DNA of 62,651 nucleotides from a virus, in IMG/VR virus record IMGVR_UViG_3300014202_000736; one strand, 5' to 3'. The notes below the pieces were generated by a model, which was given only the letters and a program-made list of their open reading frames with translations, was not told the DNA's origin and did not search any database. This document shows, piece by piece, positions 36,139 to 44,969 of this stretch (within the stretch, counting starts at the first letter, position 1; each line of letters starts with the position of its first letter). The position numbers and the translations under genes are program-made.

Positions 36139-36563
36139 CCCCACCCACCCCTGACGGGCCGATAGGTTGCACTTGCCATCCGTCAGAGCGCCCCGAGCCG
36201 TGCCAGCACAAATACGCGCTGACTGACTGCATCGAAGCCGCTAACGGGCCGATAGCGGTGGAGGAGCTTGTGGCGGAGCTTGGCGTCGCCGCGTTCGATA
36301 TGCAGACGCTCGAAACGGAGCAGAAAGACGCTATGGAAAGCGCCACGGGTTTCAGCGCCAATGCTTGCGGGCATCTGTATTCCACCGCAGCGAAGGCTCT
36401 CACCACCCTATCTGCCGACCTTGCTGCGATGCGCCGTGTGCTTACGGAGACGCGCGAGGTCATCATCAGGTATGACGGCTACAGCGAAGATGGGCCGGTC
36501 ATTCGCGCAATCGACGCTGCTCTCGGCGCATCCCGTAAAGGTAGTGGGGGAGATACATTGTGA
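36135..36563 (+). CDS. Hypothetical protein (142 aa)
   Basis: The start is trimmed to MTPPTPDG. The upstream part of the long ORF looks like an out-of-frame artefact. Confidence 0.45.
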   Translation: MTPPTPDGPIGCTCHPSERPEPCQHKYALTDCIEAANGPIAVEELVAELGVAAFDMQTLETEQKDAMESATGFSANACGHLYSTAAKALTTLSADLAAMRRVLTETREVIIRYDGYSEDGPVIRAIDAALGASRKGSGGDTL

Positions 36564-36922
36564 CTGTTCGAAAGAAACGCTGCACCGCCAGAGGCAAATT
36601 GGTCGATCCCAAGAAGACTGCCAGCGGCGCACCAACAGACAAGAAGCTGGCTGATGGACAGTTAGCCGACCATTTTGTCCTTTGCCCCGAAGAACGAGCA
36701 AAGGGTTATGTTGAACCCTATCGTGACAGCTACATTCACGAGAAATGTGGCACCCTGACGAGGATGCCAGCGGCCTGTGCTGCGACCTATGCGGTCCAGC
36801 CGGAATACTATGGGTCGACCTTTTGCTGTGGTTGCGGCGGCTATTTTCCCGTTGGTGAAAACGGTGAGTTCGTATGGGACAAGACCAGCGGGCAAAAAGT
36901 TGGCACTAGGCGGGCAGTATGA
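36560..36922 (+). CDS. Hypothetical Cys-rich protein (120 aa)
   Basis: GTG start overlapping the upstream stop. It has a CCGCGG cluster. Confidence 0.5.
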   Translation: MTVRKKRCTARGKLVDPKKTASGAPTDKKLADGQLADHFVLCPEERAKGYVEPYRDSYIHEKCGTLTRMPAACAATYAVQPEYYGSTFCCGCGGYFPVGENGEFVWDKTSGQKVGTRRAV

Positions 36923-37128
36923 AGGCTGGAATTGGCGTGGACAATTGGAAGCTGCCGATCTTTCTCAAGCGGCTTACAGAGGCTGGATATGAATACGAGG
37001 ACGCCGGGCCGATAACTGGTGACACAACTCTGTTGACCGTTAAAACTAACAATATGCTGGCTCTTAAAAGGCTACTCGAAAAGTGCCAATCCGAGTGCCG
37101 CAAATTGAAAGGCCGCCATGACCAATAA
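36919..37128 (+). CDS. Hypothetical protein (69 aa)
   Basis: ORF. Confidence 0.5.
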   Translation: MKAGIGVDNWKLPIFLKRLTEAGYEYEDAGPITGDTTLLTVKTNNMLALKRLLEKCQSECRKLKGRHDQ

Positions 37129-37330
37129 CACACCAACCATCAAAGTCACCGAAGCTGTTGAGCGGGGAAGTGTTACTAGAACATCGCGGTGGTTCTTGAG
37201 TAAGGCGCGAGTTGTCGAGCGATGTCGGCAATGCGGGCGCGATCATCCCGAGATACCGTTCAACGGCTGCCATCGCTGCGGTCACACCCAATTCGCCCGC
37301 CTCAACACACAGCAAGAGGGTAAATCGTGA
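37118..37330 (+). CDS. Zinc-ribbon protein (70 aa)
   Basis: The motif is CRQC...CHRC. Confidence 0.5.
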   Translation: MTNNTPTIKVTEAVERGSVTRTSRWFLSKARVVERCRQCGRDHPEIPFNGCHRCGHTQFARLNTQQEGKS

Positions 37331-37557
37331 TGGCTGATACTGTTGAGTTCACGCTCGAAACGGGCAAGCTACACCCCTTTTACGCGATTCCGATGATCCT
37401 CAATTGTCCGCAGTGTTCCGCGCGGCACATCGACGAAGCGAAGTTTGCCGAGGTCGCGCATCACACCCACGCTTGCCAAGGCTGCGGCTTCGTCTGGCGG
37501 CCAGCGAAGGTGAACACGCACGGAGTTAGGTTTTTGCCGGGCTATGCCAATGACTAG
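37327..37557 (+). CDS. Zinc-ribbon protein (76 aa)
   Basis: The motif is CPQC...CQGC. Confidence 0.5.
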   Translation: MMADTVEFTLETGKLHPFYAIPMILNCPQCSARHIDEAKFAEVAHHTHACQGCGFVWRPAKVNTHGVRFLPGYAND

Positions 37558-37909
37558 GAACGGAGAGGCCATCGCTGATCCACCCGTGATCGAGATACTG
37601 CGCTCAATCATCGGCAATGCGAATGAAGCCCCGCGCTTCGGACCATTCGATCAGATCGACAACACGGGCGAGCCGTATCAGTCGGAAGCGTTCGCCAAAG
37701 CACTCGAACGAGGGCGCAAGTATCTCGCGGGGAATAGTTACTCCCGCTCACCCCCGGCAGCAAGCGAGGATATGGTCGATGCTGCGCTTCATGCTTGGGA
37801 CATACGCGGTGAGCCTCGCAGCGTCGTTCGAGCCATGATCAACGCAGCAATAGCCGCTATGGAGAATGCAAAAATGACCCCGAAAGTTGCGAGAGATGAA
37901 AACCTATAG
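37544..37909 (+). CDS. Hypothetical protein (121 aa)
   Basis: ORF. Confidence 0.5.
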   Translation: MPMTRNGEAIADPPVIEILRSIIGNANEAPRFGPFDQIDNTGEPYQSEAFAKALERGRKYLAGNSYSRSPPAASEDMVDAALHAWDIRGEPRSVVRAMINAAIAAMENAKMTPKVARDENL

Positions 37910-38071
37910 CGTGTTTACATAGGGTGCCTTTTCGTGGTACCCACCGAACTGACGGTCGGGTGGTCGAGCGCCAACGCGCTAGCCCATGCCCCGCCCTCGT
38001 TGAGAGCCGCCCGGGAAGGTCTCCTTCAGCAGCGGCCGCTCGGCCGTCACCCTTCCATCAGGAGAGACCTC

Positions 38072-38317
38072 ATGAAGATGACGAAAGATTGGTACAAGTC
38101 CAAGCTGATCTGGCTCGGCATCGTCGCGGCAATCTACAATCTTCTCAGCGTCGTCGGGATCGAACTTCCGATCGACCAGGAAAATGTCAACGGCTACGTC
38201 AACACCACTTTCGGCCTCCTTGCAATCATCTTTCGTTGGCGCGCCGACGAGGTGATTACTCAGTCGGCGAAGGGGGCTGAGATCCAAAGTTTCACCGGCC
38301 TGAACAACAGACGGTAA
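38072..38317 (+). CDS. Small membrane protein with two TM helices (holin-like)
   Basis: The start follows an aggaga SD. The TM helices are LIWLGIVAAIYNLLSVV and TTFGLLAIIFRW. Confidence 0.5.
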   Translation: MKMTKDWYKSKLIWLGIVAAIYNLLSVVGIELPIDQENVNGYVNTTFGLLAIIFRWRADEVITQSAKGAEIQSFTGLNNRR

Positions 38318-38354
38318 CCTTTTCCGGCGACGCCAGTTCGCCGGCTCGGGGGAA

Positions 38355-38397
38355 AGGCCCTGATCGGACGTCGACAACCGATCGGGGCCTTTTTTCT
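38355..38397 (+). terminator. Rho-independent terminator
   Basis: 13-bp stem aggccctgatcgg/ccgatcggggcct, 10-nt loop, then ttttt. Confidence 0.7.
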
Positions 38398-38426
38398 GTT
38401 TACCACGGGACTAAAATGGGTTAGCC

Positions 38427-38897
38427 TTGCCGACCCACGCTGAAGAGAGGCAACGAAAAGATGAGTCCGACAACGAGGATCCGGCCGTGTTGAGGCCTGA
38501 CACCGTCATTGAATACGTCAAGGCAAGAGCTGCCCGACATCTAAGCGACTTCGAACAACATCTCAACGGCTTGAATGTCGGCGGCCGTCTTGTCGTTGGC
38601 GGACTTCCAGCCGCGGCGGCCCACCTTCGAAGCGTGGCCAAAGTCAATCGGTCCCTTGGCGTAATAGTCAGCATTAACGAGATCCACGGCGCCGAGAAGC
38701 TCGACGTCAACCACACCTATTCATTCGACCTAGTCGCCGTCGCTCAGCTTCTCATGACTGGGAAGAACGAAGCGTTCCACCAGACCATTGACCAAAGCAT
38801 CAACCTCATTCAACGGCTGGTGGTAGACGAAGGCCAGCCAATCGAGGCGGCACTTCAGGTTCTGAGGGAACAGGCGGACAAGATCGGGCACCTTTGA
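38427..38897 (+). CDS. Hypothetical protein (about 135-156 aa, start uncertain: TTG 38427 or a downstream GTG)
   Basis: The plus frame has the strong C/G third-position bias of neighbouring genes. Antisense fragments are interrupted by stops. Confidence 0.45.
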   Translation: MPTHAEERQRKDESDNEDPAVLRPDTVIEYVKARAARHLSDFEQHLNGLNVGGRLVVGGLPAAAAHLRSVAKVNRSLGVIVSINEIHGAEKLDVNHTYSFDLVAVAQLLMTGKNEAFHQTIDQSINLIQRLVVDEGQPIEAALQVLREQADKIGHL

Positions 38898-38901
38898 GGC
38901 C

Positions 38902-41016
38902 GTGCCCGTGGCGAGCAAAAAGCCCAAGCTCGGTGCACCTGCCGATGTGAAGCTGGCCATGGTCAAGCTTCAGTCGTCGGGCCTGACCATGGAAGACGCG
39001 ATTGCGCTCGGGATGCAATTCCTCTCACCGGATCAGACGAGCAAGCTTCACAAGTCCTTCGACGCCAAGACAAGCATCAAGATCAACTACTTCGGCCTGG
39101 ACGGCAAGCCCATGAGGCCTCGTCCAAAATGGCCTGAGTTCTATCGCCTCCGCTACCTCGAGTCAGGCGACCGAGAGGGGCGCGTCACCTTTTCACAGCA
39201 GACGGACGAAAAGCCGAAGCGCTACGTCAACGAGCCAGAGGCTGGCGTGGCCGCCTACTTTCCACGCACGGTCGACTGGGAAGACATTGCCCAGGACACG
39301 GCTCAGCCGCTCATCATCACCGAGGGCGAGTTCAAAGCGGCCAAGGCAACCGTTGAAGGCTTCCCCACGATCGGCCTCGGTGGCGTGTTCAACTATCGGG
39401 CCGTGCGACAGGGAATTCCATTCCTGCCTGAGCTCGAGCAGATCAACTGGGTCAAGCGGTACGTCTACATCTGCTACGACTCGGACTTCAGGACGAACCA
39501 GAACATCTGCCACGCGCTTAACGCCCTAGCCGAAGAGTTGCAGGAACGAGGTGCCATTCCGATGGTCCTGGCGTTGCCTGACGTGGTCGACGACGGCAAG
39601 ACGGGCCTGGACGACCTGCTGGTCTCAGCTCCACAAGCAATCCAACTGCTGACGCAGCTGCTCAAGGAGGCCGAGCCTCTTGGCCTGGCTCGAGCCCTGT
39701 GGCAGATGAATGATCGCGTGGTCTACGTCCAGGATCCTGGCCTCGTTGTCCGTCGCTCGAACCACCAGAAGATGAGCCCAGCCCAATTCAAGGAACACGC
39801 GTTCTCCACGGTCAACTACGTCGAGCAGACGATGGGCGCCGATGGCGAGATGCGATACAAGAAGGTGCCAGCAGCTCCAGCCTGGATCAAGTGGCCACTT
39901 CGGAACGAGTGCACCAAAGTGGTCTACAAGCCAGGCCAGCCTGAGCTGGTGTCCGACATTCACGGCGGCGATGCGTTCAACATCTGGAAGGGTTGGGGCT
40001 GCAAGCCTGAAAAAGGCGACGTCTCGATGTGGCACGAGCTGCTCGATCACCTGTTCGACGGGGCTGACAAAGAGGATCGTATTTGGTTCGAACGATGGTT
40101 AGCCTATCCGCTCCAATTCCCAGGCACTAAGCTCTTCTCAGCCTGCGTCATGCACGGCATTCATCACGGCACTGGCAAGAGCCTCATCGGCTTCATGATG
40201 GGCAGGATCTACGGCGACAACTTCGTCGAGATCAACCGAAAGATGCTCGAGCTTGGCAACAACGACTGGGCTGAGGCGAAGCAGTTCGTGCTAGCTGATG
40301 AGGTGACGGGCTCGTCGAAGCGTGAATTCAACGACATGCTCAAGAAGATGATTACTCAAGAGCGAATGCGCATCAACATCAAGTACGTGCCCACGTTCGA
40401 CCTCGAGGACTTCATCAACTACTACTTCACGAGCAACCATCCTGATGCGTTCTTCATGGAGGACAACGAGCGTCGCTACTTCATCCACGAGGTACGAGCA
40501 AAGCCTCTCGACCTCAGCTTCTATTCGAAGTTCGACGAATGGATGAAGCGTGGCAACGGCCCGTCGGCCGTGTTCCATTATCTTCTCAACCTGAAGCTCG
40601 GCGACTTCAATCCGTACGCCGCGGCCAGGAAGACTGAAGCACTCGAGCGGATGATCCTTGACACGAAGTCAGACCTTGGCAGCTGGGTGCTCCGTCTCAA
40701 GGAGGATCCTGAGGCAATGATCCGAGCATGGATGCCAGCCAACAAGGACTTGGTCACGAACGCTGATCTCTTGCAGATCTACGATCCGAACGGACGGACC
40801 GGCACGACTGCCAACGGCCTTGGTCGAGAGCTTCGTCGTGCTGGCATTCCCCTTGCTTACGGGGGACGACCGCTGCCAGGCCCGAACGGTGCGGACCGCT
40901 ACTACATTCTCCGAAACCGGGAGAAGTGGTTCAACGCGAACCGCGCGATCCTAGTCAAACACATCGAGACCTTCAGCAAAAAGCGTCGGACCGTAAAAAG
41001 CGACACGAAGTTCTGA
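38902..41016 (+). CDS. DNA primase/helicase (Toprim DUF3854-like N-terminal domain plus D5/SF3 helicase C-terminal domain)
   Basis: Toprim motifs: IITEGEFKA, YDSDF, GLDDLL. Helicase motifs: Walker A GIHHGTGKS, Walker B LADEV, motif C FTSN. Confidence 0.85.
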   Translation: MPVASKKPKLGAPADVKLAMVKLQSSGLTMEDAIALGMQFLSPDQTSKLHKSFDAKTSIKINYFGLDGKPMRPRPKWPEFYRLRYLESGDREGRVTFSQQTDEKPKRYVNEPEAGVAAYFPRTVDWEDIAQDTAQPLIITEGEFKAAKATVEGFPTIGLGGVFNYRAVRQGIPFLPELEQINWVKRYVYICYDSDFRTNQNICHALNALAEELQERGAIPMVLALPDVVDDGKTGLDDLLVSAPQAIQLLTQLLKEAEPLGLARALWQMNDRVVYVQDPGLVVRRSNHQKMSPAQFKEHAFSTVNYVEQTMGADGEMRYKKVPAAPAWIKWPLRNECTKVVYKPGQPELVSDIHGGDAFNIWKGWGCKPEKGDVSMWHELLDHLFDGADKEDRIWFERWLAYPLQFPGTKLFSACVMHGIHHGTGKSLIGFMMGRIYGDNFVEINRKMLELGNNDWAEAKQFVLADEVTGSSKREFNDMLKKMITQERMRINIKYVPTFDLEDFINYYFTSNHPDAFFMEDNERRYFIHEVRAKPLDLSFYSKFDEWMKRGNGPSAVFHYLLNLKLGDFNPYAAARKTEALERMILDTKSDLGSWVLRLKEDPEAMIRAWMPANKDLVTNADLLQIYDPNGRTGTTANGLGRELRRAGIPLAYGGRPLPGPNGADRYYILRNREKWFNANRAILVKHIETFSKKRRTVKSDTKF

Positions 41017-41114
41017 CAAACGTGTGTACACGCATGACGCGTAAGGATATGGCAACACGTGCTGAGGGAGATGTCATGCATCTCTCAGCCGACAATGAGA
41101 GAAAGGAAACATGA

Positions 41115-41300
41115 ATGCCCAAGTTGACTGACGACCCCAAGGTGCAGGAACTGATCACCCGCGCCGAGGCCCGCGGAGCGAACGCCGAGCGGAAGCGCAT
41201 CAATGCCCTGATCGGAGACGCTGCTAGCGTCGAAGGCATCGACAAGGGCGCCAAGTCGGCGCTCCGCGACCTCAAGAAGTCGATCCGCGAAGACGCGTAA
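41115..41300 (+). CDS. Hypothetical protein (61 aa)
   Basis: ORF with an aaggaaacatga SD region. Confidence 0.45.
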   Translation: MPKLTDDPKVQELITRAEARGANAERKRINALIGDAASVEGIDKGAKSALRDLKKSIREDA

Positions 41301-41333
41301 GTCTTTTCGATCGGCCTGAAAGGGAGAGCTCTG

Positions 41334-41567
41334 ATGAGAGCATACACCGTAACCCATCCTGGGCTTCCGGTGAAGGACGGCGACACCAAGCCGTTCCTTC
41401 AGTACGCGGGAACGCAGGGAGATGCCGCCGCCGTCAAGCGGGATCTTTGGGACCAACATCGCGACGCCGGATCCGTCAAACGAAACGACATCGCGATCGA
41501 CGAAGTCGAGATCCCCACCGACAAGAAGGGTCTCATCTCGTGGATCAACGAGAACGTCGCCGGCTAA
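41334..41567 (+). CDS. Hypothetical protein (77 aa)
   Basis: ORF. Confidence 0.5.
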   Translation: MRAYTVTHPGLPVKDGDTKPFLQYAGTQGDAAAVKRDLWDQHRDAGSVKRNDIAIDEVEIPTDKKGLISWINENVAG

Positions 41568-41818
41568 TGGCTAGCGAACCCCTCACGCTCGATGCCGACA
41601 ATGGCAGTCGAGATTACTACGCTACTGACAACGGGATCGAGTGCTATCAAGCGCTTCGAGCCTGTCTCGGGCGTGAGGGGTACATCGCGTGGCTTCGTGG
41701 CACGATCATCAAATACAACTGGCGGATGACGAAGAAGGGCCAAGGCCCTGAGGACGCCATCAAGATCAATTGGTACGCTCGCGAGCTCGAGCGGGTGATG
41801 GCTGACCCTAAGGCATGA
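41567..41818 (+). CDS. DUF3310-like protein
   Basis: The pattern YY...IECYQAL...GTIIKYNWRMTKKG...DAIKINWYAREL fits. The start overlaps the upstream stop (TAATG). Confidence 0.6.
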   Translation: MASEPLTLDADNGSRDYYATDNGIECYQALRACLGREGYIAWLRGTIIKYNWRMTKKGQGPEDAIKINWYARELERVMADPKA

Positions 41819-42147
41819 GTCTCGAGGCGCTCGGCTTAGAGCCCGGTGCCACCGAGGCTGAGGTTCAGGCTCGCTACAAGGAGCTGGCCAAGACTGCCCA
41901 CCCGGACCGAGGTGGCTCAGCGGACGAATTCCAGAAGCTTCAAGATCTTCGTGACAGGGCGCTCAGAGAGATCAGCATCGGCGAGAGTCTGGCCAATGCC
42001 AAGATCCAGATCACAGCGCTCAGAGAGGCCGCCAGAGGCACGCTGTGTCCTCGCTGTGATGGCAGCGGCTACTCGATGCAACGGAAGGTTGGCTTCAGAA
42101 CAATGAAAACTGTCTGCCGCCTCTGCCGAGGCAAGGGCAAGATCTAG
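41815..42147 (+). CDS. J-domain protein with a C-terminal CxxCxGxG zinc knuckle
   Basis: The J-domain segment is ATEAEVQARYKELAKTAHPDRGG (HPD motif). The zinc motifs are CPRCDGSG and CRLCRGKG. Confidence 0.8.
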   Translation: MSLEALGLEPGATEAEVQARYKELAKTAHPDRGGSADEFQKLQDLRDRALREISIGESLANAKIQITALREAARGTLCPRCDGSGYSMQRKVGFRTMKTVCRLCRGKGKI

Positions 42148-42314
42148 AGACACCGTGCCGAGGTGAGATCGGCCGTAGACTTGGCTGCGTTAGGGGGAGA
42201 GCCGGACTCCCCCACCAAAATTATTTTCGTCAGGCCCATTTACAAGCCACGCGTTTGTGATAGCTTAGACCACGGTTGGCCGATCATGACCACACCGATC
42301 GTTGGAGAGGTCCC

Positions 42315-42404
42315 ATGCAGGGTCTCATTTTGGTGATGAGTGTTGCGTCCTTGGTCGGTCTGTCAACGTGGATCCGGATCCACGATCATAGGAGGTGTCA
42401 ATGA
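42315..42404 (+). CDS. Candidate 29-aa hydrophobic peptide
   Basis: Read manually as MQGLILVMSVASLVGLSTWIRIHDHRRCQ with a ggagagg SD. It may be spurious. Confidence 0.2.
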   Translation: MQGLILVMSVASLVGLSTWIRIHDHRRCQ

Positions 42405-42437
42405 AGTAACTTCACCGACAAACCCTCTACGCTACTA

Positions 42438-42500
42438 GGGCGGCCTATCCCCTGCACTGCCCTCCCGCAGGGAACATTCCTCAGGCCGCCCTTTTTATTT
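42438..42500 (+). terminator. Rho-independent terminator with a long compound hairpin
   Basis: Stem gggcggcct...aggccgccc with an inner stem ccctgc/gcaggg, followed by tttttattt. Confidence 0.6.
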
Positions 42501-42714
42501 ATCTGAGTTCCAGGCTCACGTGGCCTGCCACCTCACGAAGCGTGCCGAACGGTGTTTGCCACTCGTAGTGGCCGAGTTCGACCTTGGTGACCTTCCCAAG
42601 ATCCTTGACCGAAAAGCCACACTCGTTGGCGTCAATTTCGAACTGGAGGTTGGAGCAAAACTCGCTCTCGTTCCTCATGTCCACGAATTTTTCGAGCTTC
42701 TCTTTTGTCAACAT
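42499..42714 (-). CDS. Hypothetical protein (71 aa), a lone leftward gene in the rightward block
   Basis: The start is set at MLTKEK, preceded by cgctgaaggagagaagg. The upstream box is at 42782. Confidence 0.5.
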   Translation of the reverse strand: MLTKEKLEKFVDMRNESEFCSNLQFEIDANECGFSVKDLGKVTKVELGHYEWQTPFGTLREVAGHVSLELR

Positions 42715-42781
42715 CCTTCTCTCCTTCAGCGCAAGGCCGACCTCGACCCCGCGTGAGCATTCTAGCATACTTTTGAGGCCT

Positions 42782-42800
42782 TGTACATAACTTTTTTCAC
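42782..42800 (-). promoter_or_regulatory. Degenerate conserved box (GAAAAAAGTTATGTACA), leftward
   Basis: The plus strand reads tgtacataacttttttcac, 68 nt upstream of ATG 42714. Confidence 0.4.
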
Positions 42801-42806
42801 TCGATA

Positions 42807-42836
42807 CGAAAAAATAGTTGAAAATAACTGTGTACA
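42807..42836 (+). promoter_or_regulatory. Duplicated conserved box CGAAAAAATAGTTGAAAATAACTGTGTACA, rightward
   Basis: Read directly. It lies 80 nt upstream of ATG 42916. Confidence 0.45.
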
Positions 42837-42915
42837 ATGCCCGAAAGCCGTGGTAGAATGGTCACGTCGACAGGATGACGTCGACGGCTCTTTGAAACTG
42901 CTGAAGGAGAATGAA

Positions 42916-43494
42916 ATGTCACAGGCATTTAAGTTGACTCGCAACCGTGAGATCTCACCAGGTTGCGGTGAAGACCTCGGCCAAACTCTGGCTCGCCTCG
43001 CCGCCATGGAGATGGAACGGCATATCGCCAATCCTAACGCCAAGGTGGCACATTGGGGCGACGGCGTTGCCCAACTCTTCCACTTTGCTGCCGATGCTTA
43101 CGAAGCCGGCGCTTCGGTGACGATCGGCCACAATCGGTCGGATCGCTACATTGCCGCTGCTAAGCAGCATCGCTCGATGGCTGACGAGCTTATCAACCAG
43201 GCCAAGATCTTTCGTGACGAAGTCCGGTCTGCTCGTTTGCTGGCGGCGTTCGACGACGGGTACGCAGGTCGTGACATCTCTCGCCACCATTTCGAGGCGA
43301 GAGAAGCTGCGATTGTCGGAAAACTCTTCGCCGAGTCCAACGAACCGATGCCGAAGCGGATCAACAAGATCTATTCGCCTCGGCCTCTCGGCAAAGACAG
43401 TTCGCTCGACCACCTGTTGGTAGATGATATGAAGTTCGTTGTCATCTACCCCGATGGGAAAATCAAGGACGGGTTTGCCAAACCGATAGCCTGA
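42916..43494 (+). CDS. Hypothetical protein (192 aa)
   Basis: The start follows gctgaaggagaatgaa. Confidence 0.55.
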   Translation: MSQAFKLTRNREISPGCGEDLGQTLARLAAMEMERHIANPNAKVAHWGDGVAQLFHFAADAYEAGASVTIGHNRSDRYIAAAKQHRSMADELINQAKIFRDEVRSARLLAAFDDGYAGRDISRHHFEAREAAIVGKLFAESNEPMPKRINKIYSPRPLGKDSSLDHLLVDDMKFVVIYPDGKIKDGFAKPIA

Positions 43495-43546
43495 AAATAA
43501 TGATGTACGGCCTACGCTTTCGGGTGTAGGCCGTTCATCTTTTTTC
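43493..43546 (+). promoter_or_regulatory. Conserved box GAAAATAATGATGTAC followed by the hairpin ggcctac/gtaggcc and a T-run (box plus terminator-like hairpin)
   Basis: Read directly. It lies 55 nt upstream of ATG 43563. Confidence 0.4.
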
Positions 43547-43562
43547 AGAAGGAGTGTTCACT

Positions 43563-43889
43563 ATGTTTGGATCTCTGATCTTGATCGTGTCTGCGTTCTC
43601 CATGGCTTCAGCTCAGGAGCGTTTGATAAACTGTGTCAGCCAGAATGCTGTTGCCCTTGGTCGAGACAACCAAGAGCCAGCAGACTCAGTCATCAAGGCG
43701 GCGAATGGTCGATGCGCACGAGAGTGGTCAGTCGTCGAGAGCTACCAGGCTGTTGGCAGCATCGGCGCCTCTGCTGCTGGACGATCCTTCTCCCAAAGGT
43801 TCAACGACTCTAGGGACCAAGAAGAAAGGGCTTTGAGAGACACAGTCTATCTGGCTGCATTCGAAAGTTTGATGGCCGCACGAAAATAG
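43563..43889 (+). CDS. Secreted small protein (signal peptide)
   Basis: The signal peptide is MFGSLILIVSAFSMASA|QE, and an aggag SD precedes the start. Confidence 0.55.
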   Translation: MFGSLILIVSAFSMASAQERLINCVSQNAVALGRDNQEPADSVIKAANGRCAREWSVVESYQAVGSIGASAAGRSFSQRFNDSRDQEERALRDTVYLAAFESLMAARK

Positions 43890-43898
43890 TTATGTACA
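43881..43898 (+). promoter_or_regulatory. Conserved box CGAAAATAGTTATGTACA
   Basis: It overlaps the end of the upstream gene and lies 55 nt upstream of ATG 43953. Confidence 0.45.
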
Positions 43899-43952
43899 TC
43901 CTAGGCCTAAGGGTCTAGGGTGCATTCATCGAACTGCTGAAGGAGATGACCA

Positions 43953-44738
43953 ATGACCGTTTCACAAGATAAACTTAACAAGGTCCGTCTTCTGATCAAG
44001 AAGGCCCAAGGCACCGACAACCCTCATGAGGCCGCAGCCTTCATGAACAAGGCCCAGGCCATGATGGTCGCCGAGGGCGTTGACATGCAAGCCGTTGAGA
44101 TGACCCAGATCGGAGAGTCTAGGGTCAAGAGCAAATTCACTGCCTCCAAGCCAGCGATGCATGAGGCTACTTTGATGCACGCCGTGTGTGAGGCCTTTGG
44201 CTGCAAGCTTCTTTGGATCGGCGCCGTGACGTCGGAGATGACCCCGTTCGGCAAGGTCCGTTACAGCGACAGCTACGGTCGCTTCGTCATCGTCGGCAGC
44301 AAGGACCGACTGAACCTCGCCACCTACGCCGCTGAGGTTCTCCAACGCCAGATGGTCAAGGCCAGGACTGAGTTTGTTCAGAAGCGATCAACCGCCTATT
44401 GGGACGTGGCCATCGGAGAAAACTTTGGTCTCGCTGCTCGCGACATCAGAGAGAACAAAGAGCTCAAAAGGCTCATCCGCAAGCAGGTCACCAAGGATGC
44501 CGACTCGTTCGCCTCTGGCTGGGCTTGGAAGATCCGCGAGAAGGTAACCAAGTTCGCCCTTAACGACCAGGAGCAACTGCTCCTTGACGGTTACAAGAAC
44601 GACATTCCCAAGGCCGAGACGAAGAAGCGCGAGCTCGGCCCTGACTTTCACAAGGGCGTGGCCGCCGCAGAAAGAGCAGACCTTCATCGACCAGTCGAAG
44701 ACTCGGTCCTGACACCTAAATCAATAGGTGCGGCGTGA
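43953..44738 (+). CDS. DUF2786-like protein
   Basis: The N-terminal segment KVRLLIKKAQGTDNPHEAAAFMNKAQAMM fits the pattern KLLAxAxxTxNxxEAxxAxxKAQxLM. Confidence 0.65.
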   Translation: MTVSQDKLNKVRLLIKKAQGTDNPHEAAAFMNKAQAMMVAEGVDMQAVEMTQIGESRVKSKFTASKPAMHEATLMHAVCEAFGCKLLWIGAVTSEMTPFGKVRYSDSYGRFVIVGSKDRLNLATYAAEVLQRQMVKARTEFVQKRSTAYWDVAIGENFGLAARDIRENKELKRLIRKQVTKDADSFASGWAWKIREKVTKFALNDQEQLLLDGYKNDIPKAETKKRELGPDFHKGVAAAERADLHRPVEDSVLTPKSIGAA

Positions 44739-44920
44739 TGGAAATGACCTGCACCCGCTGCTTTGGGCCAGCGGAAGGCACGCCTCCGACTGGCCTAACA
44801 GCAAATCAAATCGTCATTCTCTCCGGTACGTGGAAGTGTCTGAAGTGCCTTGATGAATTAGAAGCAGACGAAAATAAAAATGAATACGAAAATAGTTGTG
44901 TACATAGCCCGCAGGCCTAG
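44738..44920 (+). CDS. Zinc-ribbon protein (60 aa)
   Basis: The motif is CTRC...CLKC. The last 50 nt carry the next conserved box. Confidence 0.45.
   Translation: MEMTCTRCFGPAEGTPPTGLTANQIVILSGTWKCLKCLDELEADENKNEYENSCVHSPQA
44869..44904 (+). promoter_or_regulatory. Duplicated conserved box CGAAAATAAAAATGAATACGAAAATAGTTGTGTACA
   Basis: Read directly. It is followed by the hairpins gcaggc/gcctgc and ccggcac/gtgccgg and lies 66 nt upstream of ATG 44970. Confidence 0.45.
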
Positions 44921-44969
44921 GTAGCCTGCATCTACCGGCACGGTGCCGGCCATGCTGAAGGAGAATGAA

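Noticed and set aside
38411-38966. Minus-strand ORF fragments antisense to 38427-38897 that read like protein.
   Set aside because: That frame is interrupted by three stop codons. The plus frame has the genome-typical C/G third-position bias. The minus fragment 38730-38966 would start inside the primase gene.
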